From positions 10,940 to 74,939 of the forward strand of contig VGZT01000005.1 in NCBI GenBank assembly GCA_016872495.1: DNA of 64,000 nt, read 5' to 3'. The first letter of the stretch is position 1; each line of letters begins with the position of its first letter. The stretch comes from SAR202 cluster bacterium. Its GTDB lineage: Bacteria > Chloroflexota > Dehalococcoidia > Lucifugimonadales > Lucifugimonadaceae. A program made the translations under genes and the position numbers. This document shows, piece by piece, positions 8,283-17,678 of the stretch. The notes under the pieces are model-generated. The model did not search any database and was not told the origin of the DNA. It was given only the letters and a program-made list of their open reading frames with translations.

Positions 8283-9675
8283 CCGCTTCCAGCCCTGCTT
8301 CGAGGGCGGCAATCATGGCGGGAGGCGTCGGCTCGTGCCCGTAGCAGGCCGCGTTGAACCGGTCGGTCATCAGTGCGACAGGGGCGCCCGGCAAGGCCTC
8401 CATGATCAGCGGGCCGAGCTCGGCGGGCGTCCGATGCCGTTCAAGCTCCATCCCGTGGCGCATCGCCGATGAGACGTAGTCGAAGTAGAGGCGGAACACC
8501 TCGGTGATGCCGGGCTGGCCCAGCGGGTAGCGCCAGATCTCCGGGGTCCGCTTTGGCCGCGCGAAGCCGGGGAGCAGTCGAGACAGTAGCGACGCCACGT
8601 CCTTCCGGGGATTGCCCTGGTCGCGAATCGACTCGCGGTCGATCGTCTCCTCGCCGGCGTCGACCTTCCGCACGCGCCGGAACACGATGACCAGCAGATA
8701 GAGGATCCCGAGGACGAGCAGCATCATCACCGGGTACTGAATGATGTTCAGGATCGCCTCGACGAGACCTGAGCCGGTCGCCTCACCGGTCTGCGCGGTC
8801 GGCGTCGGCGCGCCAAACAGCGGCGCCGCGGGCTGCTGGATGGGCGTCATCTCACCGCCGAACATCGAACGCAGCCATCGCAAGAATTCGAACAGCCCCC
8901 CGACGATCCAGCGGAGCGGGATGCTGATCAGGAACAGAAGGCCGTCACGTAACGCCCCCAGTCCGGCGCCGGCGAGCCTGAGCGGCCCGCCGCCGTATGC
9001 GCTTCCCGCCAGCCCGAGCAGCACGCCGAGCAGCATGATGATCCCGACCGACAGCGCGACCACGCGCGCCCAGGCACCCACCGCACTCCTGCGAGTCGTT
9101 TCCGCGATCTGCCCGAATGCCATCCCGGCGAGTGCGGCAGCAAAGAACGGGAACAGTACGTGCTGGGCGCCTATGTCCCGGCCCGTGGCGATCTGAGCGA
9201 TCAGCGCCACCGCGATGGCCATGACGCCGATCCGGAACGTGCGACGCAGACGGTCCGACGCCGGGTCGTCGGTGACCAGGCCAATGCCACGGCGCCAGAG
9301 CAGGATCGCAGCCAGCGCGGCAATGATCGCCGTTGCGACCGAGGCGCCGGACAACCGGCCGTTCACCAGCTCAAACACCCAGTACCACTGCACCCCGCTG
9401 AATCCATCGAAGGAGCGCGCCGCGACGACGAAATAGACGACGACCAGGCCGACGCCGCCCTGCAGCAGCGCGAGCGTCGCCGTCTCACCCTTCAACCCAT
9501 GCGCTACCCAGCCCACCAGCATGGCGCCGGCCAGGACTCCCATTACCGCGGGCCACGAAAGCGGGGAGCCGCCGATCTGGACGATCAGGCCGAAGACCGC
9601 AAGCGCCACGTAGAGCCACGCCGCGTCGGCCACCCATAGCGCCGCATACAGCAGCTTCTCGCGCGTGGTGATCAA
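8209..9675 (-). CDS. Polytopic membrane protein with C-terminal DUF4129 domain
   Basis: Many predicted TM helices. C-terminal FRLYFDYVSSAMRHGMELERHRTPAEL...FNAACYG resembles DUF4129. It is third in the MoxR-DUF58 operon and its start overlaps the DUF58 stop. Confidence 0.75.
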   Translation of the reverse strand: MITTREKLLYAALWVADAAWLYVALAVFGLIVQIGGSPLSWPAVMGVLAGAMLVGWVAHGLKGETATLALLQGGVGLVVVYFVVAARSFDGFSGVQWYWVFELVNGRLSGASVATAIIAALAAILLWRRGIGLVTDDPASDRLRRTFRIGVMAIAVALIAQIATGRDIGAQHVLFPFFAAALAGMAFGQIAETTRRSAVGAWARVVALSVGIIMLLGVLLGLAGSAYGGGPLRLAGAGLGALRDGLLFLISIPLRWIVGGLFEFLRWLRSMFGGEMTPIQQPAAPLFGAPTPTAQTGEATGSGLVEAILNIIQYPVMMLLVLGILYLLVIVFRRVRKVDAGEETIDRESIRDQGNPRKDVASLLSRLLPGFARPKRTPEIWRYPLGQPGITEVFRLYFDYVSSAMRHGMELERHRTPAELGPLIMEALPGAPVALMTDRFNAACYGHEPTPPAMIAALEAGLEAAIQAAASAPLKHASTPPAADGSAR

Positions 9676-11009
9676 CGGGCGCGCTTCCCTGGCTCGGGAG
9701 GCGGGTCGAAGCGAACACCGTCGGACAGGACGTCAACGCCCCGGGATGGCAGCGGAGGGCTCTCCTCGCCTACGTAGAGGATGACGACGGCATGCCCGCG
9801 CCGCGCAAGCTCACGGCAGGCAGCCTGCAGGGGTGGAGGGCAGATTGCGGAGACGACGATGACCGTCGCCCCGAACGGCACGGCGAGTCGCTCCGCTTCG
9901 AGCACCCGGTCCAGGCGGTTCATTGATACCGGGCGCACCATCGCCAGCGACTCGAGCACGGTCGTCATCCGCCTCGGGTCGGCACCGGGGGGTATGACCA
10001 TCCGGGCGGTCTCAGATAACGGAATCGCGTTGCTGATGAGGCCGATCCGGTGACCGGTCTCTTCCAAGCGCACCGCCACCGAAGCGGCCGCGGTGACCAC
10101 CCGCTCGAGCATCTGCGGGGAGTAGCCCTCCCACGACTTCTCGCTGGTGTCGACGTCGACTGCGATCACGGCCGATTGCGCTACTCGGTGGTCGTACGTC
10201 CTGACCAGCAGATCGTTGGTGCGAGCAGTGGCCTTCCAGTCGACCCTTCGCAGGGAGTCGCCCGGAGCATACTCCCGCAGCCCGGACGGACGGCTCGCAT
10301 CCTCCCACAGGCGGAACTTGCTCACCGTGTCACCGATCGGGCGCGGTGCGGGCACCATGAAATCAGGCATCGGCACCGAGCGCGGGTAGACGACCATCGA
10401 ATCGCGTCGGCGTGCTTCACGGGTTACCCGGAAAAGCCCGAAGAGGTCACCGCTGGCGAGCCTGGCAGGCCCGAACCGCAGGTAGCCGCGCTTGAGGGCG
10501 CGCACTCGATACCGCATTCGGATCTTCTCGTACCAGCTCATGCTGACGGTCCGTCGCAAGATCAGGGCGTCGTGCCGCTCTCCCAGCGACATGTCGGCGG
10601 AGTCCACTGCGAGCTCGATCGGCACGGCGTCGGTGATGGTGAGCCACGGCAGCGGGAGCGGCTTCTTATTGACCACCGTGACGATCAGCTCGAACTCCTC
10701 GCCGGCGAAGACCCGGTCGGAGCTCACCTCACGGCTGAACTGGACCTCTTCCAGTGATAGCTTTGCCCAGATCCGGGAAGCAAGCGCGACCACGCTGGCC
10801 ATCGCCCCGAGGGCCACTACCAGCGGCGCGTGGGCAATGATTCCGGCGATGATGACGGCCAGCAGGAGAAGGGTCCAGACCTCGCCCCACAGGTCGGCCA
10901 GGAGGTCGGAACGGGTAGCGACCCGCCGGAGAAGGTCTTGGGGCGGCCCAAACGAGCCCCAGGCCCAACCGAAGCCTGGGCGCAGCCGGTCGCGGGTCGG
11001 GCGTTCCAT
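9672..11009 (-). CDS. DUF58 domain protein (vWA-like, MoxR partner)
   Basis: Two N-terminal TM helices. LREYAPGDSLRRVDWKATARTNDLLVRTYD is the DUF58 signature. Confidence 0.85.
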   Translation of the reverse strand: MERPTRDRLRPGFGWAWGSFGPPQDLLRRVATRSDLLADLWGEVWTLLLLAVIIAGIIAHAPLVVALGAMASVVALASRIWAKLSLEEVQFSREVSSDRVFAGEEFELIVTVVNKKPLPLPWLTITDAVPIELAVDSADMSLGERHDALILRRTVSMSWYEKIRMRYRVRALKRGYLRFGPARLASGDLFGLFRVTREARRRDSMVVYPRSVPMPDFMVPAPRPIGDTVSKFRLWEDASRPSGLREYAPGDSLRRVDWKATARTNDLLVRTYDHRVAQSAVIAVDVDTSEKSWEGYSPQMLERVVTAAASVAVRLEETGHRIGLISNAIPLSETARMVIPPGADPRRMTTVLESLAMVRPVSMNRLDRVLEAERLAVPFGATVIVVSAICPPPLQAACRELARRGHAVVILYVGEESPPLPSRGVDVLSDGVRFDPPPEPGKRAR

Positions 11010-11026
11010 CGGTCGGGGACGGGCCG

Positions 11027-12025
11027 CTACGGCCCGCGCTGAATCGGGACAGGAACGGTCCGCAGGATGTCTTCGAGGACGTGTTCAGGCTTTCGACCGC
11101 GCAGGCGGGCATGCGAGCTCGGGATCAGGCGGTGTCCGAGCACCGGCGGCGTGAGGCGTTTGATGTCGTCAGGCAGGACGTAGGACCGTCCATGGATCGC
11201 CGCGTACGCCTGGGAAGCCTTGAAGAGTGCCAGCGACGCCCTCGGGCTGGCGCCCAGCTCAATCTCGTCGTTCTTGCGCGTGGCCTCGACGATGCGCAAC
11301 AGGTAGTCGCGCAGGGTCTGGTCGACCCTGATTCGGGTCACTGCGGCCTGGAGCGCGGCCAGTTCGGAGACGGTGATCGCTGGCTTGAGGGCGGCGGGCG
11401 ACACCGCGCTCTGCTGGAAGCGAGCCAGGATCTCGGACTCCTCGCCGTGGGTCGGGTATCCCAGTGTGATCCGCAGCATGAAACGGTCGAGCTGGCCCTC
11501 CGGCAGCGGGAACGTGCCCTCCATCTCGATGGGGTTCAGAGTGGCCAGCACGAGGAACGGCGACGGCAGGCGATGCGTGGTGCCGTCGATCGTTGCCTGG
11601 CGCTCCTGCATCGACTCCAGCAACGCGCTCTGGGTCCGCGGCGTTGCCCGGTTCACTTCGTCGGCCAGGAGCACCTGTGTGAAGACCGGCCCGGGGCGGA
11701 ACTCGAACTCACCAGACTTCATGTTGTAGACGTTTACGCCGAGCACGTCCGACGGCATCAGGTCCGGGGTGAACTGAATGCGCCGGAACTCGCAATCGAT
11801 CGACCACGCCAGCGCCTTCGCCATCGTGGTCTTGCCGATGCCCGGGACGTCTTCGATTAGAACGTGCCCGTGGCAGAGGAGGGCCACCAGTGCGAGCTCG
11901 ACCGCATCCTGCTTGCCGACGATGAGCTGCTGGACGTTGGAGCGCACTCGCTCGGCCGCGACGCGGATGGCGCTGGCGTCCCCGAGCTCAGCCGCAGGCT
12001 TCTCCGACTCCTGCCGGACCGTCAA
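11027..12025 (-). CDS. MoxR-family AAA+ ATPase
   Basis: Walker A DVPGIGKT, Walker B LLADEVNRA, VLATLNPIEMEGTFPLPEGQLDRF, and a C-terminal lid (ASPRASLAL). Confidence 0.9.
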   Translation of the reverse strand: MTVRQESEKPAAELGDASAIRVAAERVRSNVQQLIVGKQDAVELALVALLCHGHVLIEDVPGIGKTTMAKALAWSIDCEFRRIQFTPDLMPSDVLGVNVYNMKSGEFEFRPGPVFTQVLLADEVNRATPRTQSALLESMQERQATIDGTTHRLPSPFLVLATLNPIEMEGTFPLPEGQLDRFMLRITLGYPTHGEESEILARFQQSAVSPAALKPAITVSELAALQAAVTRIRVDQTLRDYLLRIVEATRKNDEIELGASPRASLALFKASQAYAAIHGRSYVLPDDIKRLTPPVLGHRLIPSSHARLRGRKPEHVLEDILRTVPVPIQRGP

Positions 12026-12100
12026 AAATGGCCGCCTTTCGATCTGGAATCACCAGTCTGATGTGATCTGCTGACAGGACCGCGATCGCGACTCAAGCCG

Positions 12101-13009
12101 TCAGACGACGACTACGGTATTTACAAGAGTCCCGATCTTTTCGATCTCGATTTCGATGACGTCGTCCTGTTTGAGGGTGAACTCGGGCGGCGGAATGGTC
12201 CCGGTCCCGGTGCAGACCGTGGTGCCGTCAGGAACCGGGTTGTGGCGCTGAAGCCAGTCCGCCAGGTAAGCACAGTCACGCTTCATCTTGCCGGTATTGG
12301 TCGATCCCTTGAACGCTTCCCTGCCGCCGCGGCGGATTCGCAGGGTAATGTCGAGGTCCTGGGCGTTGCCGATCGAATCCGCCGTTACGAAACAGGGGCC
12401 GATCGCGCACGAGCGGTCATAGATCTTCGCCTGCGGGAGATAAAGCGGGTTCTCGCCCTCAATCGTGCGGCTGCTCATGTCGTTACCGCACGTATAACCC
12501 GCGATCCGGCCGTCGTACAGCACGAACGCAAGCTCCGGTTCTGGCACGTTCCAGGCCGAGTCGCTCCGGATCCCGACCTCTGCGAACGGCTCTGCGAGCA
12601 CACGCGGCGTCCCCTTGAAAAACACTTCTGGACGATCCGCCCCGTATACCTTGGCGTAGACGTCGGGCGACTTGCTCTCGGCCTGCCGCTCTCGCATGCT
12701 GTCCTGGTAGGTGACGCCCACGGCCCAGATCTCGGGTGGTACGAGTGGCGAGGTCATCCTCGGGAACCTGCGCTCCGCCTTCGAATTCTTGACCAGATCG
12801 CCGACCGAGAGCCAGGAATTGCCAGACCGATCGATCAGGCCACGCGCCAGGTCGTCGACGCCGCTGCCCGCCAACGAGCCGGCATGCAGCAGATCGAAAA
12901 TGGAGCGGGCATGCGGCGAAATCGTTGTCAGGTCGACCAGCGAGCCGTCGCCGGCTTCGGCCGCAAGGTGGGACTCGCCACTCTCAAGCAAGACCTGGAA
13001 ATAACGCAT
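12101..13009 (-). CDS. Fumarylacetoacetate hydrolase (FAH) family protein (possibly 2-keto-3-deoxy-pentonate dehydratase-like)
   Basis: 302 aa. EPELAFVL, CGNDMSSR, YLPQAKIYDRSCAIGP and a C-terminal GDVIEIEIEKIGTL typical of the FAH fold. The specific activity is inference. Confidence 0.8.
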   Translation of the reverse strand: MRYFQVLLESGESHLAAEAGDGSLVDLTTISPHARSIFDLLHAGSLAGSGVDDLARGLIDRSGNSWLSVGDLVKNSKAERRFPRMTSPLVPPEIWAVGVTYQDSMRERQAESKSPDVYAKVYGADRPEVFFKGTPRVLAEPFAEVGIRSDSAWNVPEPELAFVLYDGRIAGYTCGNDMSSRTIEGENPLYLPQAKIYDRSCAIGPCFVTADSIGNAQDLDITLRIRRGGREAFKGSTNTGKMKRDCAYLADWLQRHNPVPDGTTVCTGTGTIPPPEFTLKQDDVIEIEIEKIGTLVNTVVVV

Positions 13010-13217
13010 CTGGCCTCTCTTCGAATAGGACTGACTTGCCGCGTCACGCGGTCGCCCGGGGCCTGAAGCAGACCTCCGAAACTGCGGCGATGCTACGATG
13101 CCGCGAGGGCGTTGTCAAAGCTGTCCCATACGACGCGACAGCTGCCCTCAGGCCCGGCGTCGGCAGGCGCGGCCAGCCAGTGGACACACGGCCAAGGCCG
13201 GTCAGAAAGGCTGAGAG

Positions 13218-13871
13218 TTGAAGATCGGAATCATCGGTGGGACAGGCCCCGAAGGGCGCGGGCTCGCCGTGCGCTGGGCGGCTGCCGGGCACCACGTTGT
13301 CCTCGGGTCGAGGGATGCCGCGCGTGCCAGCGATGCCGCCAGCCGGCTTGGCGGCGCCGAAGGTTCGGTCAAAGGTGCGACCAACCTCGAAGCGGCCAGA
13401 ATCTCGGATGTCGTCGTCCTGTCGGTCCCGTTCGGCGCGCAGACTGCCGTCCTCACCGAGCTGTCGCCGCAGATCTCGGGCAAGATCGCACTCAGCGTGG
13501 TCGCGCCCCTGGCGTTCGTGGCCGGCCGCGCCCGCTTCGCGCCGCCGCCCACAGGCTCCGCCGCCGAAGATGCCAGACTGCAGGTTCCAGCTGCGCGCTG
13601 GGCCGCCGGCTTTCACACCCTGCCCGCAGGCGATCTTCTGCGTGCCGGTGACCCGGTGGATGCCGACGTGCTGCTGTGTGGAGACGACGCGGACGCCAAA
13701 CGCGCCGCGATGACGCTCGCCGGGGACATCAGAGGCGTGAGGGCGATTGACGCTGGATCGCTTGAAAGCGCCCGTTACCTTGAAGCCGCGACCGCGCTCT
13801 TGATCAACATCAATCGCATATACAAGTCACATGCGTCGTTCCGGATCACGGGGCTCGAAAAGTCGACCTGA
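13218..13871 (+). CDS. npdG: NADPH-dependent F420 reductase
   Basis: MKIGIIGGTGPEGRGLAVRWAAAGHHVVLGSRD Rossmann N-terminus. Length of 217 aa and the C-terminal region are typical of F420:NADP oxidoreductases. Confidence 0.75.
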   Translation: MKIGIIGGTGPEGRGLAVRWAAAGHHVVLGSRDAARASDAASRLGGAEGSVKGATNLEAARISDVVVLSVPFGAQTAVLTELSPQISGKIALSVVAPLAFVAGRARFAPPPTGSAAEDARLQVPAARWAAGFHTLPAGDLLRAGDPVDADVLLCGDDADAKRAAMTLAGDIRGVRAIDAGSLESARYLEAATALLININRIYKSHASFRITGLEKST

Positions 13872-13932
13872 ACCAGCGGACCGCGGCGGGCACGCAAGGC
13901 ATCAACGCGCGGCATGCCCCAATAATGAATAC

Positions 13933-15276
13933 ATGAGATCGAACACCATGAGGCGCCGCGCGTTGCTGGCGACGCTCATTCTGCTTGCGATCGCCGCTAC
14001 GGCGTTCCCCGGCACAGAGACCATTCCGACCGCGGCCTCTGATGGCGCCACGATCCGGGTGGTCAACCATGGTTCGAGCATCCGGTTTGGTGAACGGATC
14101 GACGTGACCATGGAGGCGTCCAGCGCCGGGTCTCCGATCGAAAAGATCCGCGCCGTTTACCGGCCGCGCGGGCCGCGCACGATTGCCAGATACAGCTATC
14201 CCGACTTCAATCCGGCCAGTTCGGTTACCGCACGCTTCACCATTCCTACCGCCGAACCGACCTTCATTCCCCCCGGGATCGTGTTCGAGGTCCGCTACGA
14301 GATCACGGATTCGGACGGCCGGCAGTTCGAGTCCAAACCCTTCGAGATCGAATACCTCGATCCCGAGTTCGACTGGAAACGGGCCACGCGGGCCGGCCTG
14401 ACGGTGCTCTATCACGACCGTTCGGGCAGGGAGATCACTGAACTCCTTGAAGCTGTGGCCGCCCGCTTGCCGGAAATGGAGGCGGTCACCGGAGCCGCGC
14501 CCGGCGGCGAGTACCGCGCGGTGCTCTACAACTCGAATGCCGAGGCACGACGGGCCTTCCCGACGGTCAGCAAAGCCGCGTCGGACGGTCACCTCTTCGC
14601 CGGATTCGCCTACGAGGAGTTCGGAATGTTCGTGCTGGACCACGCCAAAGTCCCGGGAGTTACGCACGAACTCGCTCACCTCGTGTTTGGCAGGGCAACG
14701 TCTTACCCGGCAGCGAAGCGACCAGCATGGCTCAACGAGGGACTTGCGGTGTACTTCGAGACCGGCTCCCGCGCGGCGTCCCGCAGCCGCATCGGCGACG
14801 CGATAAGGCGCGACAGGCTGCTGCCACTGAGGTCGATCAACTCGATCCCCGGCAGGCCAGATCAGATCCAGATCTTCTACCCGCAGGCAGGCGACTTCGC
14901 GGGTTATCTCGTCGAAGTGCGGGGCGCGGAACGGGTGCGGGGCCTGATCGCCGCCCTCGACCGCGGCGCACTACCCGCGGCCGCGGTGCAGGCCGTCTAC
15001 GGTATTTCGCTAGATGAGCTCGAGAACGAGTGGCGGAAGGACATCGGCGCGCGCCCGATCGAGCTGCTGCCCGCCCCGACCGCGCACGCCGGTTCGACGG
15101 CCGTCGCAGGCGGGGTCGCGCCGGTCGCGACCGGCGCCCTTGCCCCGGAAACGCTCCCGAACGGCTCGTCTGGTGGATCGTTTAGGATCTGGTGGGGGGC
15201 GGCCGGCAGCGCGGTTCTCATGCTGGCGGCGACCGCCACGATTCTCCTGGTCTACCGGATTCGTCGAAGCGGTTGA
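13933..15276 (+). CDS. Secreted or anchored MA-clan zinc metallopeptidase-like protein
   Basis: Signal-like N-terminus (RRRALLATLILLAIAATA). HELAHLVF zinc motif with downstream WLNEGLAVYFE. C-terminal TM anchor (AVLMLAATATILLVY). Start taken at ATG 13933; ATG 13948 is also possible. Confidence 0.7.
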   Translation: MRSNTMRRRALLATLILLAIAATAFPGTETIPTAASDGATIRVVNHGSSIRFGERIDVTMEASSAGSPIEKIRAVYRPRGPRTIARYSYPDFNPASSVTARFTIPTAEPTFIPPGIVFEVRYEITDSDGRQFESKPFEIEYLDPEFDWKRATRAGLTVLYHDRSGREITELLEAVAARLPEMEAVTGAAPGGEYRAVLYNSNAEARRAFPTVSKAASDGHLFAGFAYEEFGMFVLDHAKVPGVTHELAHLVFGRATSYPAAKRPAWLNEGLAVYFETGSRAASRSRIGDAIRRDRLLPLRSINSIPGRPDQIQIFYPQAGDFAGYLVEVRGAERVRGLIAALDRGALPAAAVQAVYGISLDELENEWRKDIGARPIELLPAPTAHAGSTAVAGGVAPVATGALAPETLPNGSSGGSFRIWWGAAGSAVLMLAATATILLVYRIRRSG

Positions 15277-15283
15277 GGTCAAT

Positions 15284-16432
15284 TTGAGTAACGCTTCTGC
15301 CGGCGGCGCCCGCGCCGCCTATGTCTACTCGGACCAGCTGGCGCGCCACTCTTACGGCGATGCCCACCCGATGAAGCCGATACGTCTCCAGTACACGTTT
15401 GAGCTGGCACGGGCGGCAGGCTTCCTGAACGGGGGCGACATCCAGGTGATCGCGCCCCGGCCTGCGACGCTCGAAGAGCTCGCACTGTTCCACGACCCCG
15501 AATACATAGCGCAGGTGAAGTCGATCGGCGAAGGTCGCTTCACCGGCGAAGAGATCGCATACGGCTTCGGCCCGGGCGACAACCCCGCCTACCCGGGGAT
15601 GTTCGAAGCGCATTCCCTGGCGAGCGGCGGAACCATGCTCGCCGCCGAACTCGTGGCCAGCGGGCGGTTCCAGGTGGCGTTCAATCCGGCCGGGGGACTG
15701 CACCACGCGCTGCCGCGCCGCGCCTCCGGCTTCTGCGTTTTCAATGACCCGGTGCTGGCGATCCGGAAGCTCGTCGCACAGGGCATGCGCGTCGTGTACG
15801 TCGATATCGACTGCCACCACGGTGATGGTGTGCAGCACGGCTTCTACGACAGCGACCAGGTGATGACGATCTCAGTGCACGAGAGCGGCCGATTCCTGTT
15901 TCCAGGCACTGGCGATGTCACGGAGATTGGCGTCGGCAGAGGCGAGGGATACTCGATCAACCTGCCGCTCGCCCCTTACACCGACGACCTGATCTACGCG
16001 GCATCGTTCGATGCGATCGTGCCGCCGCTCATCAGGGCGTTCAAACCCGACGTGCTGTTCACGCAACTTGGGATCGACACCCATATGGGCGACCCTATCA
16101 CGCACATGCGGCTTTCGACCCAGGGTTTCACCGACACTGTTGCGAAACTGGCGCAGCTGGGCGGCGAATGCGGGCGCTGGATCGCCACCGGTGGCGGCGG
16201 CTACGACATGAGCGCGGTGGCGCGCGGTTGGGCGATGGCGTTCGCGGTCATGGCAGGCAAGCAGATCCCCTCTCGCCTGCCCGAGTCCTACCGGGGGCCG
16301 GATGGGCCTCGCACATTCGCGGACGCGCCCGACATGCCGCTGAATCCCGACATCCGCCGCGAGGTCCAGGCCTTCGCAGACCGCAGCGTTGAGGATCTCA
16401 GGAAACTCACGTTCCGCAGGTTCGGTCTGTAG
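15284..16432 (+). CDS. Histone deacetylase / acetoin utilization (AcuC) family amidohydrolase
   Basis: GGLHHA, YVDIDCHHGDGVQ, SVHESGRFLFPGTG, GGGGY. TTG start at 15284 with a GAGG SD 5 nt upstream. The track ORF (15014) over-extends across the previous gene. Confidence 0.85.
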   Translation: MSNASAGGARAAYVYSDQLARHSYGDAHPMKPIRLQYTFELARAAGFLNGGDIQVIAPRPATLEELALFHDPEYIAQVKSIGEGRFTGEEIAYGFGPGDNPAYPGMFEAHSLASGGTMLAAELVASGRFQVAFNPAGGLHHALPRRASGFCVFNDPVLAIRKLVAQGMRVVYVDIDCHHGDGVQHGFYDSDQVMTISVHESGRFLFPGTGDVTEIGVGRGEGYSINLPLAPYTDDLIYAASFDAIVPPLIRAFKPDVLFTQLGIDTHMGDPITHMRLSTQGFTDTVAKLAQLGGECGRWIATGGGGYDMSAVARGWAMAFAVMAGKQIPSRLPESYRGPDGPRTFADAPDMPLNPDIRREVQAFADRSVEDLRKLTFRRFGL

Positions 16433-16583
16433 CTGTTCCGGGAGTTTTCAAGAGTCACGGGCCAGAATCGACCTCCGGCCGCGTGCGTCAATTGCGGTAA
16501 CCTTTCCGCCATTCCTGGCTCAGGATCCGGCATTGCTGTCGCCGGGTCTCGTCTGCCAACGAGTTCTTCAAGGGATTAGCAAC

Positions 16584-17627
16584 ATGGCACTCAAGGTCGT
16601 AGTTACTTTCAGCCGCCAACTCGGCGAGCCGATCATGAGCCCGCTCAAGAAGGCGGGCCTGGAAGTCGTTCAGAAGCACTGCACGACCGAGGAACAGGTG
16701 ATCGAGGCCGGCAAGGAAGCGGACGCTCTCATGATCACCAGCCTTCCGCTGACGTCAAGGAAGGTTCTCCAGGCGTTGCCAAAGCTTAAGGTGGTGGCTC
16801 GGGCGGGTGTCGGCTACGACTCGGTGGACGTCAGGGCCGCGACCGAGCTGGGCATCATGGTCTGCAACACCCCGGGCGTCAACACGACCGAGGTCGCCGA
16901 CCACGCGATGGCGCTATTGCTTTCGATTACCCGGCGTATCCCGGAACTGAACGCCGAGGTAAAAGGCGGCGCGTGGTCTGACCGGTTCGGCGATCTCGAC
17001 AAGATCCGGGGCCGGCTGCTGCGCATAGCTGGCAACGTGGTCGGGATCAACGGCTTCGGCAACATCGGCCGAGCGTTCGCTACCCGGGTGCGCGGGTTCG
17101 GCCCGTCCCGGATCCTGGTGCACGACCCTTACGTGTTCCAGACGACCGGCGACCTTTACGGTGCGCAGATGGTCGACTTCGACACCCTCCTGAAGGAGTC
17201 GGACTTCATCACGACACATACGCCTTATTCGTCCGAGACCTACCACATGTTCAACGACGCGGCGTTCGCAAAGATGAAGCCGACCGCCATCTTCATCAAC
17301 ACGTCCAGGGGCCCGGTGGTGGATGAGGCCGCGCTGGCTTCAGCGCTTCGCTCGAAGAAAATTGCAGGCGCCGGCATCGACGTCACCGAGGTCGAACCGC
17401 TGGACGCAGAGAGCCCATTATTGAAGACTGAGAACCTGCTGATCACGCCCCACTTCGCCGGCGCGTCGGCAGTGTCGACGGCCGCGGGGGCGCAGCGCTG
17501 GGCCGAAAATGTGGCCCTCGTGCTGACCGGCAAGCAGCCGCACGGGCTGGCCAATCCGGATGTCATCAAGAAGATCGCGGTGCTGCGCTCGCAGAACTCG
17601 CCACGCTGGGCAGGTGTGCCCGCTTAG
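16584..17627 (+). CDS. D-isomer-specific 2-hydroxyacid dehydrogenase family protein
   Basis: VVARAGVGYDSVD, GINGFGNIGRA NAD motif, FINTSRG, ITPHFAG. Start at MALKVVV (ATG 16584). Confidence 0.85.
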   Translation: MALKVVVTFSRQLGEPIMSPLKKAGLEVVQKHCTTEEQVIEAGKEADALMITSLPLTSRKVLQALPKLKVVARAGVGYDSVDVRAATELGIMVCNTPGVNTTEVADHAMALLLSITRRIPELNAEVKGGAWSDRFGDLDKIRGRLLRIAGNVVGINGFGNIGRAFATRVRGFGPSRILVHDPYVFQTTGDLYGAQMVDFDTLLKESDFITTHTPYSSETYHMFNDAAFAKMKPTAIFINTSRGPVVDEAALASALRSKKIAGAGIDVTEVEPLDAESPLLKTENLLITPHFAGASAVSTAAGAQRWAENVALVLTGKQPHGLANPDVIKKIAVLRSQNSPRWAGVPA

Positions 17628-17645
17628 GAAAACGGCCCGGAAACA

Positions 17646-17675
17646 GATCGGGGAGGCCGCTGGGCCTCCCCGATC
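17646..17675. terminator. Bidirectional terminator hairpin between convergent genes
   Basis: Perfect 13-bp stem GATCGGGGAGGCC / GGCCTCCCCGATC with a GCTG loop, lying between the dehydrogenase stop (17627) and the dnaK stop (17679). Confidence 0.7.
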
Positions 17676-17678
17676 GTC

